64,000 nt of DNA from Tubiluchus corallicola (taxonomy: Eukaryota; Animalia; Priapulida): assembly GCA_030141605.1 (NCBI GenBank), contig JAQGDQ010000019.1, positions 806,001-870,000 on the forward strand, given 5' to 3'. The translations under genes were made by a program, and so were the position numbers. This document shows positions 1-40,845 of this stretch, in pieces (the first letter of the stretch is position 1; the number at the start of each line of letters is the position of its first letter). A model generated the notes under the pieces. The model was not told the DNA's origin. It searched no databases and saw only the letters and a list, made by a program, of their open reading frames with translations.

Positions 1-1598
1 AAGTTCGGAAGACCTACGTCAGAACTGTTAAAATTCACGACGAATAAGCTGAGAAAATATAGTGGAAAAGGCCATAAAGACCGTCGAATAAAAATGATTT
101 TTCCAATAAGTAAAGTGCATGATGAAAACTTCAGAATAAACTTAATTCACAACAGTTACACACAAAGGAATGAGTAAAGAGATGACTGTTGACAACTATA
201 ATTTACATAGCACAATATAAATTCACAGAAAACTGTTCAATAAATCTATATACAAATACATACAAGTAAATAACGCATGGACAGAGAGAAACTTTTTCCC
301 CAATTAATCAAGGCTCATCAGGCGTAAATGCAATTTTTAAATCATTGAGAATAAATTATGTGTAAAAATTTGCAGACTATAATTGCAAGGGGCTCCACAT
401 TCACTTCTTTTGAGTAAAAATGCTCGACAAGAGCCAAAGAAAGAAATTTATGCTGGTGAGAAAGTTACTTGAATAAAATATGATCCTCTGTAGGAAAAAA
501 TATTAAAAACTTAAAAGAATCATTAAAATTATGCTATAAAATTTTCTTAATCAATGATCATTTTATTAAAACAACACTTTGGCTTTGAGTCTACTAACAA
601 CAGCAACTGTCATCAAAAATAAGAAGGTTATAAACTAGCTTAGATCATGTTGTCAGTTTTTATTTTAAGAAAACTAAATGGCTGGCATGGTTTTGGGATT
701 AAAATTAATAAACTGAAACAATAATGTACATAATTTAGGCTGCTATCACAAAAAAATACAGCAGTTCATAGAAAGTTGGACATATCATTTGCATCATAAT
801 TATCTTTTTGACAGTAATTATACTAAGAAATTATCACTGCAAGACAATACACGTAAATCTACATGTAGCACAACTTTAATTGCAAAAGAGAGCTAAGGCA
901 AATATGCTATGCTCCTAAACTCTTGCTTGTTATTCGCAAATTCAAAAAAAAGAGAAGACAAACGGGACATAGTGTCAATTAACACTAGCCGTCGAATCAA
1001 AAAGATCACGCACACATGAGCAATTATTAGAAAAAGACAAGTGAAAATCCTCGCTTAGTAAATACATCATAAATCAGGCACTACATGAAGCACCATGAAC
1101 ATGCATTATAACCAAAAAACAAATGTTATCCAGTCTTAGTAAGGAAGAGGACATTGACACGAGTAACACAAGAAAAGTTAAATGTGGAAGTCTGCAGAAA
1201 GTCATGAAAGTAATGGGCCAAAAATCTGGCAGTCACAATGGTTTGTGATAGAAAAAAGCAAAAATTTTTTCAGCTTGGCCCCAGATTGTTCAACGTCAAT
1301 TTAATTTCTGAATTATATTGCAACTCACAAATTACCGCTACTGGTAAGACATTAGAACTGTTATCTCTCTATCCAAAATCTTACAATTACAACAGTTTAC
1401 AGAAGACACTTGTCCAAAATCCATTGTCAGCACAAAGTAAATTTGTGGGTAGGCCATGCAGCAGTTTTTAGGTACTGTTTTCTAAACCACACTAGTATGC
1501 TCAGACACTGTACTTTTGCTGGTCTTTTGATGTGTTGACGAATGAAGGATATGACATCACAAATGTTAATACTCTTGTGTTTCTTTATGTATGCACCA

Positions 1599-30628
<29,030 letters not shown>

Positions 30629-30950
30629 CTTGCTGCGCCGCACTAATTACATCTATCAGATTCTTACTCCCACTTAATGACTTTGGTAATACATCCAATG
30701 AAATGTCTTATTAGCTCCTGTAAATGTCCAGTAACACCATTTACACATTTGTAAAGAAAACAATTTGCGGGGTTTAACGCTAAAAATGTGCGAACGTAAA
30801 TTCTGAAAACACCAACACCGTCCAACTTCTACAGAGAAAAATCTCTTGTTTTGCACTCCTCAAACAAAAGAGCATCCAATAAGTAAAATATTTGTGGCGT
30901 CGTGCTGCCATCTTTTGTTAGCTTGCGACAAAAAACTACAAAGAATAAAA
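30629..30950 (-). promoter_or_regulatory. Probable ena 5'UTR/core promoter region
   Basis: Immediately upstream of the ATG; locally CpG-enriched; YY1-like AAGATGGCAGC on the minus strand at ~30904-30914. TSS not determinable. Confidence 0.35.
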
Positions 30951-31046
30951 TTTGCCCTTTCGTAAGAAACAGTCTCTGTTATACTTAAAAAATACTATAA
31001 AATACTGCCTGGTATCAGTGAAATGTCCAATCTACTGCCTAACTGA

Positions 31047-31330
31047 TATAACATTTTGCCCGAAAAATTCTTTAATTTAGTTGTTGATTGTAAAACTAGG
31101 GGACTTAGTTTTCTTACGGAGGAGATTCTTAAACTAAAACTGTTTAAAGAACGGTCACGTCTTGACATTCGTAAAATTTTTAATGTTCATTTTCTGTGAG
31201 AGATATGAATGAATGGGATAATCTGCCTGCCATGGTCATTGCCGCACAAACCACAGTAAAATTTACATTCTTAATCGACAATTATTTTGCGGGAAAATAT
31301 GGAGTTTGTATGAGTGTACTCGCTTAACTC
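31047..31330 (+). mobile_element. 3' fragment of a CR1-type LINE (ORF2 C-terminus plus 3'UTR); its tail continues at 34176-34201
   Basis: YNILPEKFFNLVVDCKTRGLS..KLFKERSRLDIRKIF..FSVRDMNEWDNLPAMVIAAQT resembles the CR1 ORF2 C-terminal consensus TRGHxxKLxKxxxRLDIRKxFFSxRVVNxWNxLP; (ATAACRGT)-like tail after the inserted MITE. Confidence 0.75.
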
Positions 31331-31347
31331 CTAATCATCAGGGCCTA

Positions 31348-33692
31348 ATTGAACTAATAGAAAACATGATGAGGGTTGTGCAAAGGAAGGAACAAATAAA
31401 TAGAATAAATAAAATTGTTAGGACAATTACAGTAAATGGAAAACTTAACCAGCAGTTGTTTTGGGAATTCAAAAAGGGCATCGATAAACCTAAAATGGAA
31501 GAAGCTATAGCAATGAGAGATAAACAAGGTGAGATCCAAGAGGATCCAGGAAAAATTAAGTTGATTTTTAAAAAATATTATGAAGAATTGCTAACTCCTA
31601 CTCAGACAGAGGATGAATATGAGCAAATGATAGAATCAAGGGTTGAACAAATTTTCAAACATGTTGAACAAATGGCAAGTGAGGAGGAAGTAAAAGAAAT
31701 TACTAACAGTGAAGTGAATGAAGCAGTTCGATCACTAAAAAATAAAAAGGCTCCAGACATGCAAGGATGGAAGAATGAAATGATCAAACAAGCAGGGAAG
31801 GGATTTATTGATAGTATAGCAGCAATGCTGAATGAAATAATGAAGCAAAAGAAAATACCGAAACAATGGGCCAAAATGAAAATAAAGTCAATTTATAAGG
31901 GAAAAGGCGACAAGAAAGAGATGAAAAATAGACGGGGGCTGTTCATAACAAATATTTTCAGTAAACTAATGGAAAAAGTGATCAAAAATAGAATAATAGT
32001 TAAATTTGAAGAAAACATATGAGTACATCAATGTGGCGGAAGAAAAAACAGAGGGGTCTATGACCATCTGTACACCTTGAGGGCAATGTTAGAGTATAAC
32101 AGGTTTTATAAAAATGAAGTGTACATAATTTTTGTGACATAGAAAAGTGTTTTGATAAGTTGTGGTTGAAAGATACATTGACAGAATTATGGAGGATGGG
32201 AATATCACCAGGAGAAATATTTATGATATATAAACTGAATGAAATTGCAGAAATAGTTATAGAAACACCATTGGGAAAAACAGACCAGATAGAAATAAAT
32301 GAAATAGTCCGACAGGGAACAGTGTTGGGACCATTACTATGTTGTGGTGCAATAAACCGGATTAATGAGATGGTGACAACAGGGACTGTAATGGGCAGGA
32401 ATATACATGTGGGTATGTTATTATTCATTGACGATATTGTCGGAATAGGACAAGAAACTATAATCAAGCAGATGATTAAAAATTGTCAAGAAATTGAAAG
32501 AACCAAAAGATTATCATTCAATATACAGAAAACACAATATATGAGAACTAACATGACACGAAAGAAAAGGATCCCAGAATTATGTGAGTCACTAAGGAAC
32601 GGAGAGGTTAAGGAAGTAGAGGAATACCAATATTTGGGAGATTGGATAAATACAAAAGGTAGTTATGAAATAATGTTTGGAAAACGAACCGGGAAAAACA
32701 AAATGATAATTAGTTACATCAATACAATAGGAGGTGAGCTGAAAGTGGGAGATTGCTCGATAGGGGTAAAACTAATGCTGTACGAGCTTCTTTCAGTGAG
32801 TGCAGTGCTAAATAGTTCTGAGACATGGTCAAATTTGACAACAACTGATTGGGAGAAATTAGAAATGATTCAAGCAAATGCTTTAAAAACATTATTTAAC
32901 CTTAGTGAATCAACGCCATACTGGGGATTAGTAACTGAAATAGGCATATGGCCTCTAAAACATAAAGTAAACTATAGGAGATTGATGTTCTATCGGAATT
33001 TATTGATTAGTAAACCAAAGAGATTAGCATCAGAGATACTCGAAATGCAAATAAACAGTATACACAAAAGGTCATGGTATAATGAAGTATTTGAGACTGC
33101 AAAAATATATACCATAGATGCTAATAAAGAAAGGGTGAAGGTCATGAAAAAGTCTGAATGGAAGAAAGAAATAAAGAATAAGATTGAACGTTGTATAAAG
33201 AGCGAATGTGCAGAAAAATGCAGGAGCAGCACTAAATTAAGATTTTTAAGGCATACCGAGTGGAAACGACAAAATTACATAGACACATGCAAGCCAGAAG
33301 AGGTTAAAGATATATTGAAAATAAGACTGAATATGATTAAAGTTAAGGGGAACTACAAGAATGAGTTTAAGGATCAGTTATTATGCCCAGTGTGTGAGGA
33401 AGATGATGACACTACTGAACATATGCTTAGATGTTACAGATATGGAGAATGGAAAAAAATTTTGAACTCAGAAGTATTAATGAACAGTGAAAAGGAAGGA
33501 TTGCTAGAAATTAGAAATCTAGTGAACGAATGTATGGAATACAGGATAAAGACAAATAAAGACATTAAACTTGGAAAAGACAAATAAAAGATCAGCGTTA
33601 AAGAAGAAGAGACTTTGCACCCTATAAAGGTGCCCGCCTCGGATAGGTGGAGAGAGTCGAGTATCGCAATCGCAATCGCAATCGCAATCGCA
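31348..33692 (+). mobile_element. 5'-truncated non-LTR retrotransposon (RTE/RTE-X-like LINE ORF2: RT plus C-terminal CCHC), inactivated
   Basis: RT motifs NKKAPD, YKGKGD..NRRGLF, QCGGRKNR, DIEKCFDKL, VRQGTVLGPLL, LLFIDD, YQYLG; CPVC..HMLRC zinc knuckle. Premature TGA at 32020-32022 and a 1-bp deletion near 32134 split it into track ORFs 31306-32022 and 32160-33587. (ATCGCA)5 tail. Flanked by cagggccta/cagagccta duplication. The clade is an inference. Confidence 0.9.
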
Positions 33693-34167
33693 GAGCCTAT
33701 TTCAAGGGGAGGAAGTGAGGATACTTCCCCGGGGCCTCACCCTCCAGGGGGCCTCGCGCCGAGATAACTTTTTTTTGCTTTATGCGAACATACTACGTCC
33801 TCTCTCCCTCTCTCTTGCCGCACGCGCCGTTTGCCTTGTGTGGCTCGGTGCGATGTTCAGCTTTCGGAATGTCTAACACCGGACGATTACCAAATTGCAA
33901 GATTGCTATTTGACAAGTATTAAGGACTGGTCTTGAGAATAAAGCAGTTTTTCTTTCACTTGTTCTTTCCTTTAACAACTGTATAACTCAATATTTTCTC
34001 TTGGAAAATGCTTCTCCGGCGTTCTAGCAGTTCAAAAATTTTCTGGGCGCCAACCATGGTGGTGCCCCTCCCGGGCATCCCCCAGTGCTTTCGCCCCCCC
34101 CCCCCCCCCCCAAGGGGCCTCACACGCCCCACTTCCCCGGGCCTCGCTTTGGCTGAAATAGGCCCTG
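33691..34167. mobile_element. hAT-type MITE (CAGGGCC termini); original left end at 31339, interrupted by the LINE
   Basis: TIR cag(g/a)gcctatttca / tgaaataggccctg; GGGGCCTC subterminal repeats; 8-bp TSD ctaatcat (31331-31338) / gtaatcat (34168-34175). Confidence 0.85.
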
Positions 34168-36319
34168 GTAATCATAACAGTATAACGGTATAACAGCATA
34201 ATATTATATTACATAATATTGGACAAAATTCCTAGGCATTTTATTATAACGCCTATATATTTCGGAAAAGTTTAAATGCATATTTTTGCTGTGCCTTTAC
34301 CATTTTTCACCTAGACGTTCTGTATAACAGCTAGGGTCTGTATAGAATGCGTAAAGTGACTTTGGCAAAGAGTAAAACGAACGTAATTTGGGTTCTGTTT
34401 TTCCTAGATATTTTTCCTAGATATTTTATGCATTAGCATTATCTAGGCATTGTATGGAATACATAAAATGCATGACTGTACTAAACTAACCAAGCTGTCC
34501 AAATGCAGTTGCAGGCATGTTGAAGCGTGACTTAGTTTAAATTCACGCATTCCCTAAAACATTACTGGCACTATATAAAATCTAAGCATTACGCATTTAC
34601 TTTGCTAATAATAAATAATTTATCTAGCAAAAGTGTAGAATCAATTGTTTTAGACATTTTATCTTGCTTGTTTTGGCGCTCCATGAAATGCCTATAGACA
34701 TACTATAGAATACACCCAGTGTCACACATTGTCTGTAACGTAATAACTGATGGCAGCCTTAACGATGGCACAAACCCATAGTTAATTAAATTTTGGTACT
34801 AAACTTGAAAGTCAGTGTAGGAAAATCCGCCGTTTTCCGAATTAGTAGAATTAATAATCAGAAAATACACGTATAAAACTAAAATATTTAAAATCCTTTT
34901 TCAGAATTGTAATAGCGGACCGCGTGAAAACGCTGCTTAAACTTGCCCTATGTGCACTGCCTGGCTTCCATGTCGACTTCGTTTGATTTAGATCGCTTGT
35001 TTGCGTGTATAGCCATGGATTTTAAGTTTAGTTAACAACTCGTCTACAAAAATTATTACGTGTCACCAGTTTCTTAGCAAGTACTTGAGAAAGCAGGTCC
35101 GTCTGTTTTTTAGCTGGCTTTTTCCACACATAAAAAGGCCTATATTCTACATAATACTAGATGATTTAATGATTTGATTTAAACTATTTTCTTGTGCTTT
35201 AAAATGCTGTAATTGTGCTTGAAATTATGGCTTTAATTAAAATTGCGATCACCTAAATGGACATTGTTTTAAATAAAATAAATGTATTGTTATTGTGGCC
35301 GCATTTTACACAATTCGTCACTGTTTTTCTAATGATTATTCTTTGATTAGTTTGTTTCCACAGCGCAATTAATACAAGTCACAGGAAGAGCAAGTCAATC
35401 AATTTCCACTCAGATTTAAGCGTATTGTAACATTTCATAATGCGATAGAATTAAAGGTGAAGATAATATCTTCAGTGCACAACCAGGTTAGTAGCACCAT
35501 TTAGGCGCTCTCTCCCGCTAAGCTATTTAACAAACTGATTATTTTTTTTCTTAATAAATTCCAACACATTTTCCGATAGACAGGAAATGTTAAAAAAATG
35601 GAAAACAGCCATGTCCGGATTGGCCATTAAGACATTTGGGCAATGCTCGGTGGGTTGAGGCCGTGGTTAAAAAATGGGCCGCTTGGTTGAATAAAAAGAA
35701 TGCTGAAAAAATTGTCACACAGAACTCCTATCACCACCCGCGAGGAATCCCCGCTGAATATCAGATGCTCGCCTTGATGCGTCAAGCAGCGTCATTATAA
35801 TTATTGAGCAGTGGAAGTATAGCTACAATAGCCTACGTCTGAGCCGCTGCTGCATGTTGTGGTACATAAAGAAAAGTGACTTGGGGAAAAAGGCCTTGTC
35901 GTCTAGATATTAGTACAGATATTAGTACAAATGTATGTGTACAGGTTGTAGGCCAGAGCGGGTTATTGTACTATACACCGTTCTGTTGTAGACTAGATCA
36001 TCTCCCAATCTTACTCAAGCAGAGGGACTAGGCAACAGTTAGCAGGGGTATATAAATTTCATGGTTTTTTATTTTTATCATGGGCGATAATTACAGAAAC
36101 CGCCCAAAACGGTGGAAAGTTTACTAAAGCAAAAGATATATCCGGGATCCTCTTTAAGAACCGATATTAGATTTGCACATACGAGGAATAACAGCGAGAG
36201 CTCTAAAATAGCGGAAGGTATTTAGAAAGTTAAATGGTTTTATTTAGGAAGAATGTGCCCTAGACCACTACACCACCATTCACTAGCGTTCAAGACAGCC
36301 TAACGTGCCAAAATTATTA

Positions 36320-36665
36320 TTGATAATGTTAGTAACAGTACAAACCCACGATCTATTAAATTTTGAACCATGGGAAATACAAAAAAGTTCGAGTACAGCT
36401 TAGATTTGAACCAGGAATCTTCGACTTACAAGAAAGACACCTTACATGTAAAACGCATTAATTACTGACATTTCTGACTTTCAATTATTATTATTAATGG
36501 AATAAAAATTAATCTAAATAGTTAGAGTTATGACACAACTATGAGATGTCTAATATTTAAGCTGATGATTTGGTTTGGCAATAAAACTGGTTGTAAAGGA
36601 TGAACTTTCAACTGCCTTGATTGCTAAGGGATACGGTGTTTAATGATCTAAGATGATGCATCCAT
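36320..36665. repeat. Palindromic tRNA-derived repeat, copy A (older/degenerate)
   Basis: Minus-strand tRNA-like 3' half (cttgtaa loop, cctggttcaaatc T-arm) at 36391-36445; centre ttaatctaaatagttagag; plus-strand tRNA-like 5' half ggatacggtgtttaatgatctaa at 36629-36651; colinear with copy B. Confidence 0.6.
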
Positions 36666-37599
36666 GGACTCAGAAGCTGCAGCGATGAAACTTACGTAGG
36701 TTTTATAGGATATTCTTTTCATGAATGTGGTGATATAATAGGTGCTGACTTGTCGGCCAAATAAGAGAAAACGCATTTCATTTAGCAGGCCCTTAACCTG
36801 CTGAGAGGTACTATAATGCTCAAACTGTACACTCTGATTTCTGGCGAAAATAATAATAATGTTTTACCGTCAGTACAATAGTCTTGCACTATTTGCTGTC
36901 AAGATAACGTAAATGTTCAAAAGTTGCGTTATACTGCACTGACCCTCCACAATATAACCCCAATTACTAAAACAGCAAACATTGTATATGAGCAAAATAA
37001 AGAAGCTTAATCTAGTTTAAATTTATAATAGTTTTTTGCTCTCAATTGATTAGTCACGACTGAGCTTGAGAACATCTCACCTAGAGTGCCTGCTTCTTCA
37101 CATTAACTTGTGGATTCATTTCTTTACCCGAGTTGCACTACAGACCTAAAATTAGTGAGACAATAGAGGATTTTTCTGCTGGCAAAACATGTATAGACTC
37201 TCAAAGACTGCATGGGGATGTAGATTCGACAATATTTCGAAATAAACTTCTGTAAATAATATAAATTGTCAACTTGAAAAACAAATGTACACAATATAAT
37301 ATTATCAACACTGTTTAGTAGCGCTAATATGAAAACTAACGTGCCAGTTGGCTTGCTTCGTAACGTAACGTAAAACGTCACGTAACGTCCGATCTTAACG
37401 TCGATGTGGTCGTGAAGAAAGAGATAAAAAGTTTTGCAAACACAGGCAGAAAGTTTCTGGCAATGCCCACGACGGATTGGCAACGGATGAAAAGTCGGAA
37501 AAAGTGGAAATTTTAACGAACAGTGTTTTGTACTGTTTATTGAACGAGAACGTAAAATGGCATTCACATTTATTGTCTATCAGCTTTTAGGTATGATTA

Positions 37600-38232
37600 T
37601 TCTGGGACAACTATTCTCAGGTTAGGAGTTTACATCAAAGTTAATCTTGATCTGACGGGGTTCCAAGTAGTGAAGTACTACACCAACAAGCCTTATGTAA
37701 TCGCATTGGATCTTTGGTTGTTGTCTTAGGGTTCTTGCTGCACAGCCAAATTCAGCGTATTCTTGTTATAAGTTTTATTCATCATCTTCATTGCCAGCTG
37801 AGTTCAGTCGCAGCAGGAATCTCAACATATATTTTTAAAGGCAAATTATTTGACTCGTTTAAAGGTGGAATAGACAATGCTATTACAAATTTTGAGAAGA
37901 AGGGTTCTAAACATGCTACACAAGCTATGAACGACATGCAAACCCATCTCAAATGCTATGGGTCCTACAATTAAACAACTGGCTTTCTACAGATAATGTA
38001 TACTACCGGGTACAATGCAAGTGCCCACGAGCTGCTGCGAATCATCCGAAAAGTCACACATGCATTCACACCAACTTGAACCCGGTGGAATATTTACATT
38101 GGTTTTTGCCATACAAAAGTTGTTGATACTGATGGCGCTACTGGATTTGCCTTTATACAGCTGTTTGGATTAATCTTGACCTGCTGTTTGGCTAAGAGCA
38201 TTAGTAACAAAAAATCCAAAAGTGTTTCCTAA
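37600..38232 (+). pseudogene. Processed (intronless) tetraspanin pseudogene, TSPAN6/7-like
   Basis: Frame-disrupted segments ILRLGVYIKV, IGSLVVVLGFL, AAGISTYIFKGKL..AMNDMQTHLKCYG (CCG motif decayed), VPTSCC and GFAFIQLFGLILTCCLAKSISN. TM1-TM4 lie within ~630 bp with no introns; multiple stops and frameshifts. Confidence 0.82.
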
Positions 38233-38507
38233 GTTTAGCATCTTCAGATGTTCATCAAGTGCCTTGTAGGTGGCAGCATTCTTATACAGAAGATAGCAAT
38301 ATTCTGCCACTGGATGACCTAATGATCTTAGGCAAAGTTTAGTAAAAAAAAATTATGCATGCATAATTTTAAATCTCAACGTTAAATTAAAATTTTCAGT
38401 CAGAAATTTTCTGTGTGCCATGCCTTTTAACCATGTAGATATTTTGAATGAAATTTTTGTGCGTGAATTTGATCCACTTTTTCATACAGTTGGTGCTGCT
38501 TAATAAA

Positions 38508-38605
38508 CTCACTTTGGGATCTAAGTGAGTTGACCTAGTTAACGGTTGGCACCGCTTAATAGGCTCACTTTGGGATGTAAATCAGTTGACCTAATTAACT
38601 GACTG
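38508..38605. repeat. Degenerate tandem duplication, ~56-bp unit
   Basis: ctcactttgggatSTaa.t.agttgacctaRttaac occurs twice. Confidence 0.8.
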
Positions 38606-40845
38606 AATCTATTAGCTAACGGGTGTAGTATTACTAGTACAGAACTATGTGTCATCACTATTCAACTTAACATGCATGCACTGCAAAGCCTGTGAGAGCT
38701 TTAAATGTTACTTTGTTACACTTATGCTCTATTTTTCAAAATTAACACTAAGCTCTTAGTTGCTGTATGATGTTTACACTTGTAAAGTGTCAAGCAATGC
38801 TGGTATATTACTGCTGCTGCATCGGTGGCATAACAGTAATTGTTTATTTATTAAACGTGCAGTGAATTGCAGCAAGAGCTTCAAAAGGAAACCGCTAGGC
38901 ATGTGATTAAAAGCTGTTAAATTCCATAAATTGTTAGGCAACAAGGTTAATTTAATAGGATGAGCGGGTGACAGATTCAAAGCAAAAACGTATTAGTGCA
39001 TGATAAACCATACCTGCGCAAAACTGCACTTAACATGATTGTTTCTTCTCACATTATAGTGAACAAAAGCAAAATAAAGATGACATAAAAGTAATAAAAA
39101 CTCTTTTATTACACACAAATGTCTAATTTCAAGTACGTAATGCAAAAATATTGAGTCAGTTATGTGGAGTTACTCGAGTCAATTACCAGCAGTTTTTATA
39201 TACATTTGAATAGAAGCAGACTGTACCAGATGTTTTTGAGTCAATTAAGCGACTGGAGCTATTAACCGTGAGTCTAAATACATGGCACCATCCGTGTTTC
39301 TGGTTTAAATTTTTTTTTTCCTAGATGTTGTCTTGGCTTAAACCTTAAATGCTTATATTAATTTTTACCTGATAATATTAGAATAGTATCTAAATGAACA
39401 AAATGTAATCTAAAACTTGAATGCTATAAGTAATCAAAATACATGTGTAAAATTGCAATTTTCTCATCTGAGCATGTTAAGGTTCCGTGTAATTTTAATT
39501 TACAGTTTATGTTCCAGTTACTCCATTCACTTGATAGTGGACATTTCCATTTCTAGTCCTTTTCTTCCTATATTAGTTTCTGTGCTATTACGTTTTCCTA
39601 CCTTCTGGTTTTTAAGCTAGGGTTTTTGCATCTATGTGGTGATTACTTTTAGGTTATAAAAACTCTTAACTTAAATTAGGTAATCAAAGCTCTGTCGCTA
39701 GACTGTAGCATAAAAATTAGGAGTGTATATTACCTGGGGCCAGCTGCAAAAAAATTTTAACCGAAAGTTAGCCTTAGAAAAACTTGGCAACGTCCTCGCG
39801 GTCTAAGTGATTAAAAGAACTTAATGCTAATGTACAGATTTGTGAGAGCCATAAAATTTTATTTACCTTTTTTGTTTCTTTTATGAAAATTTCATTGAAA
39901 TTGACAGAAGTAATGTAAGATTTACGTCTGTGCTATGTAAGTTCTCAGGTGAACAGGTAGAAAATTGGTAACATAGAAATTGAATAGTGAATGTGCTGTG
40001 TCTATTTGTTCTTACTCTAATTATGCAAAGCAAACATCACTTCTATTAGATCAAAACTTTGCAAACTGTGAATCATAAAAATGGGCTTTTAATTGAACAA
40101 GTTTTATTTTTATATGCATTTCTTGAAATGTGAAATAACTATAATTAACTAGCATTTTATATCCATTGACATTTTTATTGCAGAATAAGCTCGATCCAGA
40201 AGGAGCGTGCAACAGTGACTGCATTGTATGAGTATCAACATAGCTAATTGTACCAGGATAAGGATGGACTTTTAATTGATTTAAAGCACTTCTTGATGTA
40301 ACATTCACGCCAAAGATTTACATGGATGAGTCTAGTCATATAAATGCCAAAGAAATGTAATAGTAGCATGTGGCTCAAGAGGTGAGAAGCTAGTTATTGT
40401 GGGCTCAGTAACATCTTTAGTTATGATGCGGCACTTCCTCACCAATCACAGACATATTCAAATGGAAGCAAGATTTTCTCCTAATAGGAATTTTAGAAGG
40501 CAAGTGATTTTTTTGGCAACTATTGAGAACTGTGACATTATCCTAAATGCTTCTCTTTCTGTAAGGCATATAGTTAATTTGTAAACTGTATTATACATTT
40601 TCTCATTGAGATTTTGTTCTTTTTATTGGTTGTGTTTAGTATGAGTTGTGTCCATACTACGCAACAAGCAAACTTGACTAAAAATATCAATTTAGTTCAT
40701 ACTGCAATGCTGGTACACTATTTTTACACGAATCTATGTACAAAAGTATGAAAAGTGATTGGTTCCTCAAAATTTGCATCATATCTAATGTGCCAAATTT
40801 AAACTAAATTTCGATCCCTCTTAATTCTTGTAATCTCATTGTCAA

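Noticed and set aside
285-330. CUGAUGA...GAAA on the minus strand in the ena 3' region (hammerhead-like)
   Set aside because: Stems I and II do not pair credibly
31354-33232. Minus-strand ORFs over the LINE
   Set aside because: Antisense shadows of the A-rich ORF2
38508-38605. CRISPR-like repeat-spacer pattern (also 2916-3016 and 5522-5577)
   Set aside because: Only two adjacent units each, no unique spacers, no cas genes, eukaryotic context; simple tandem duplications
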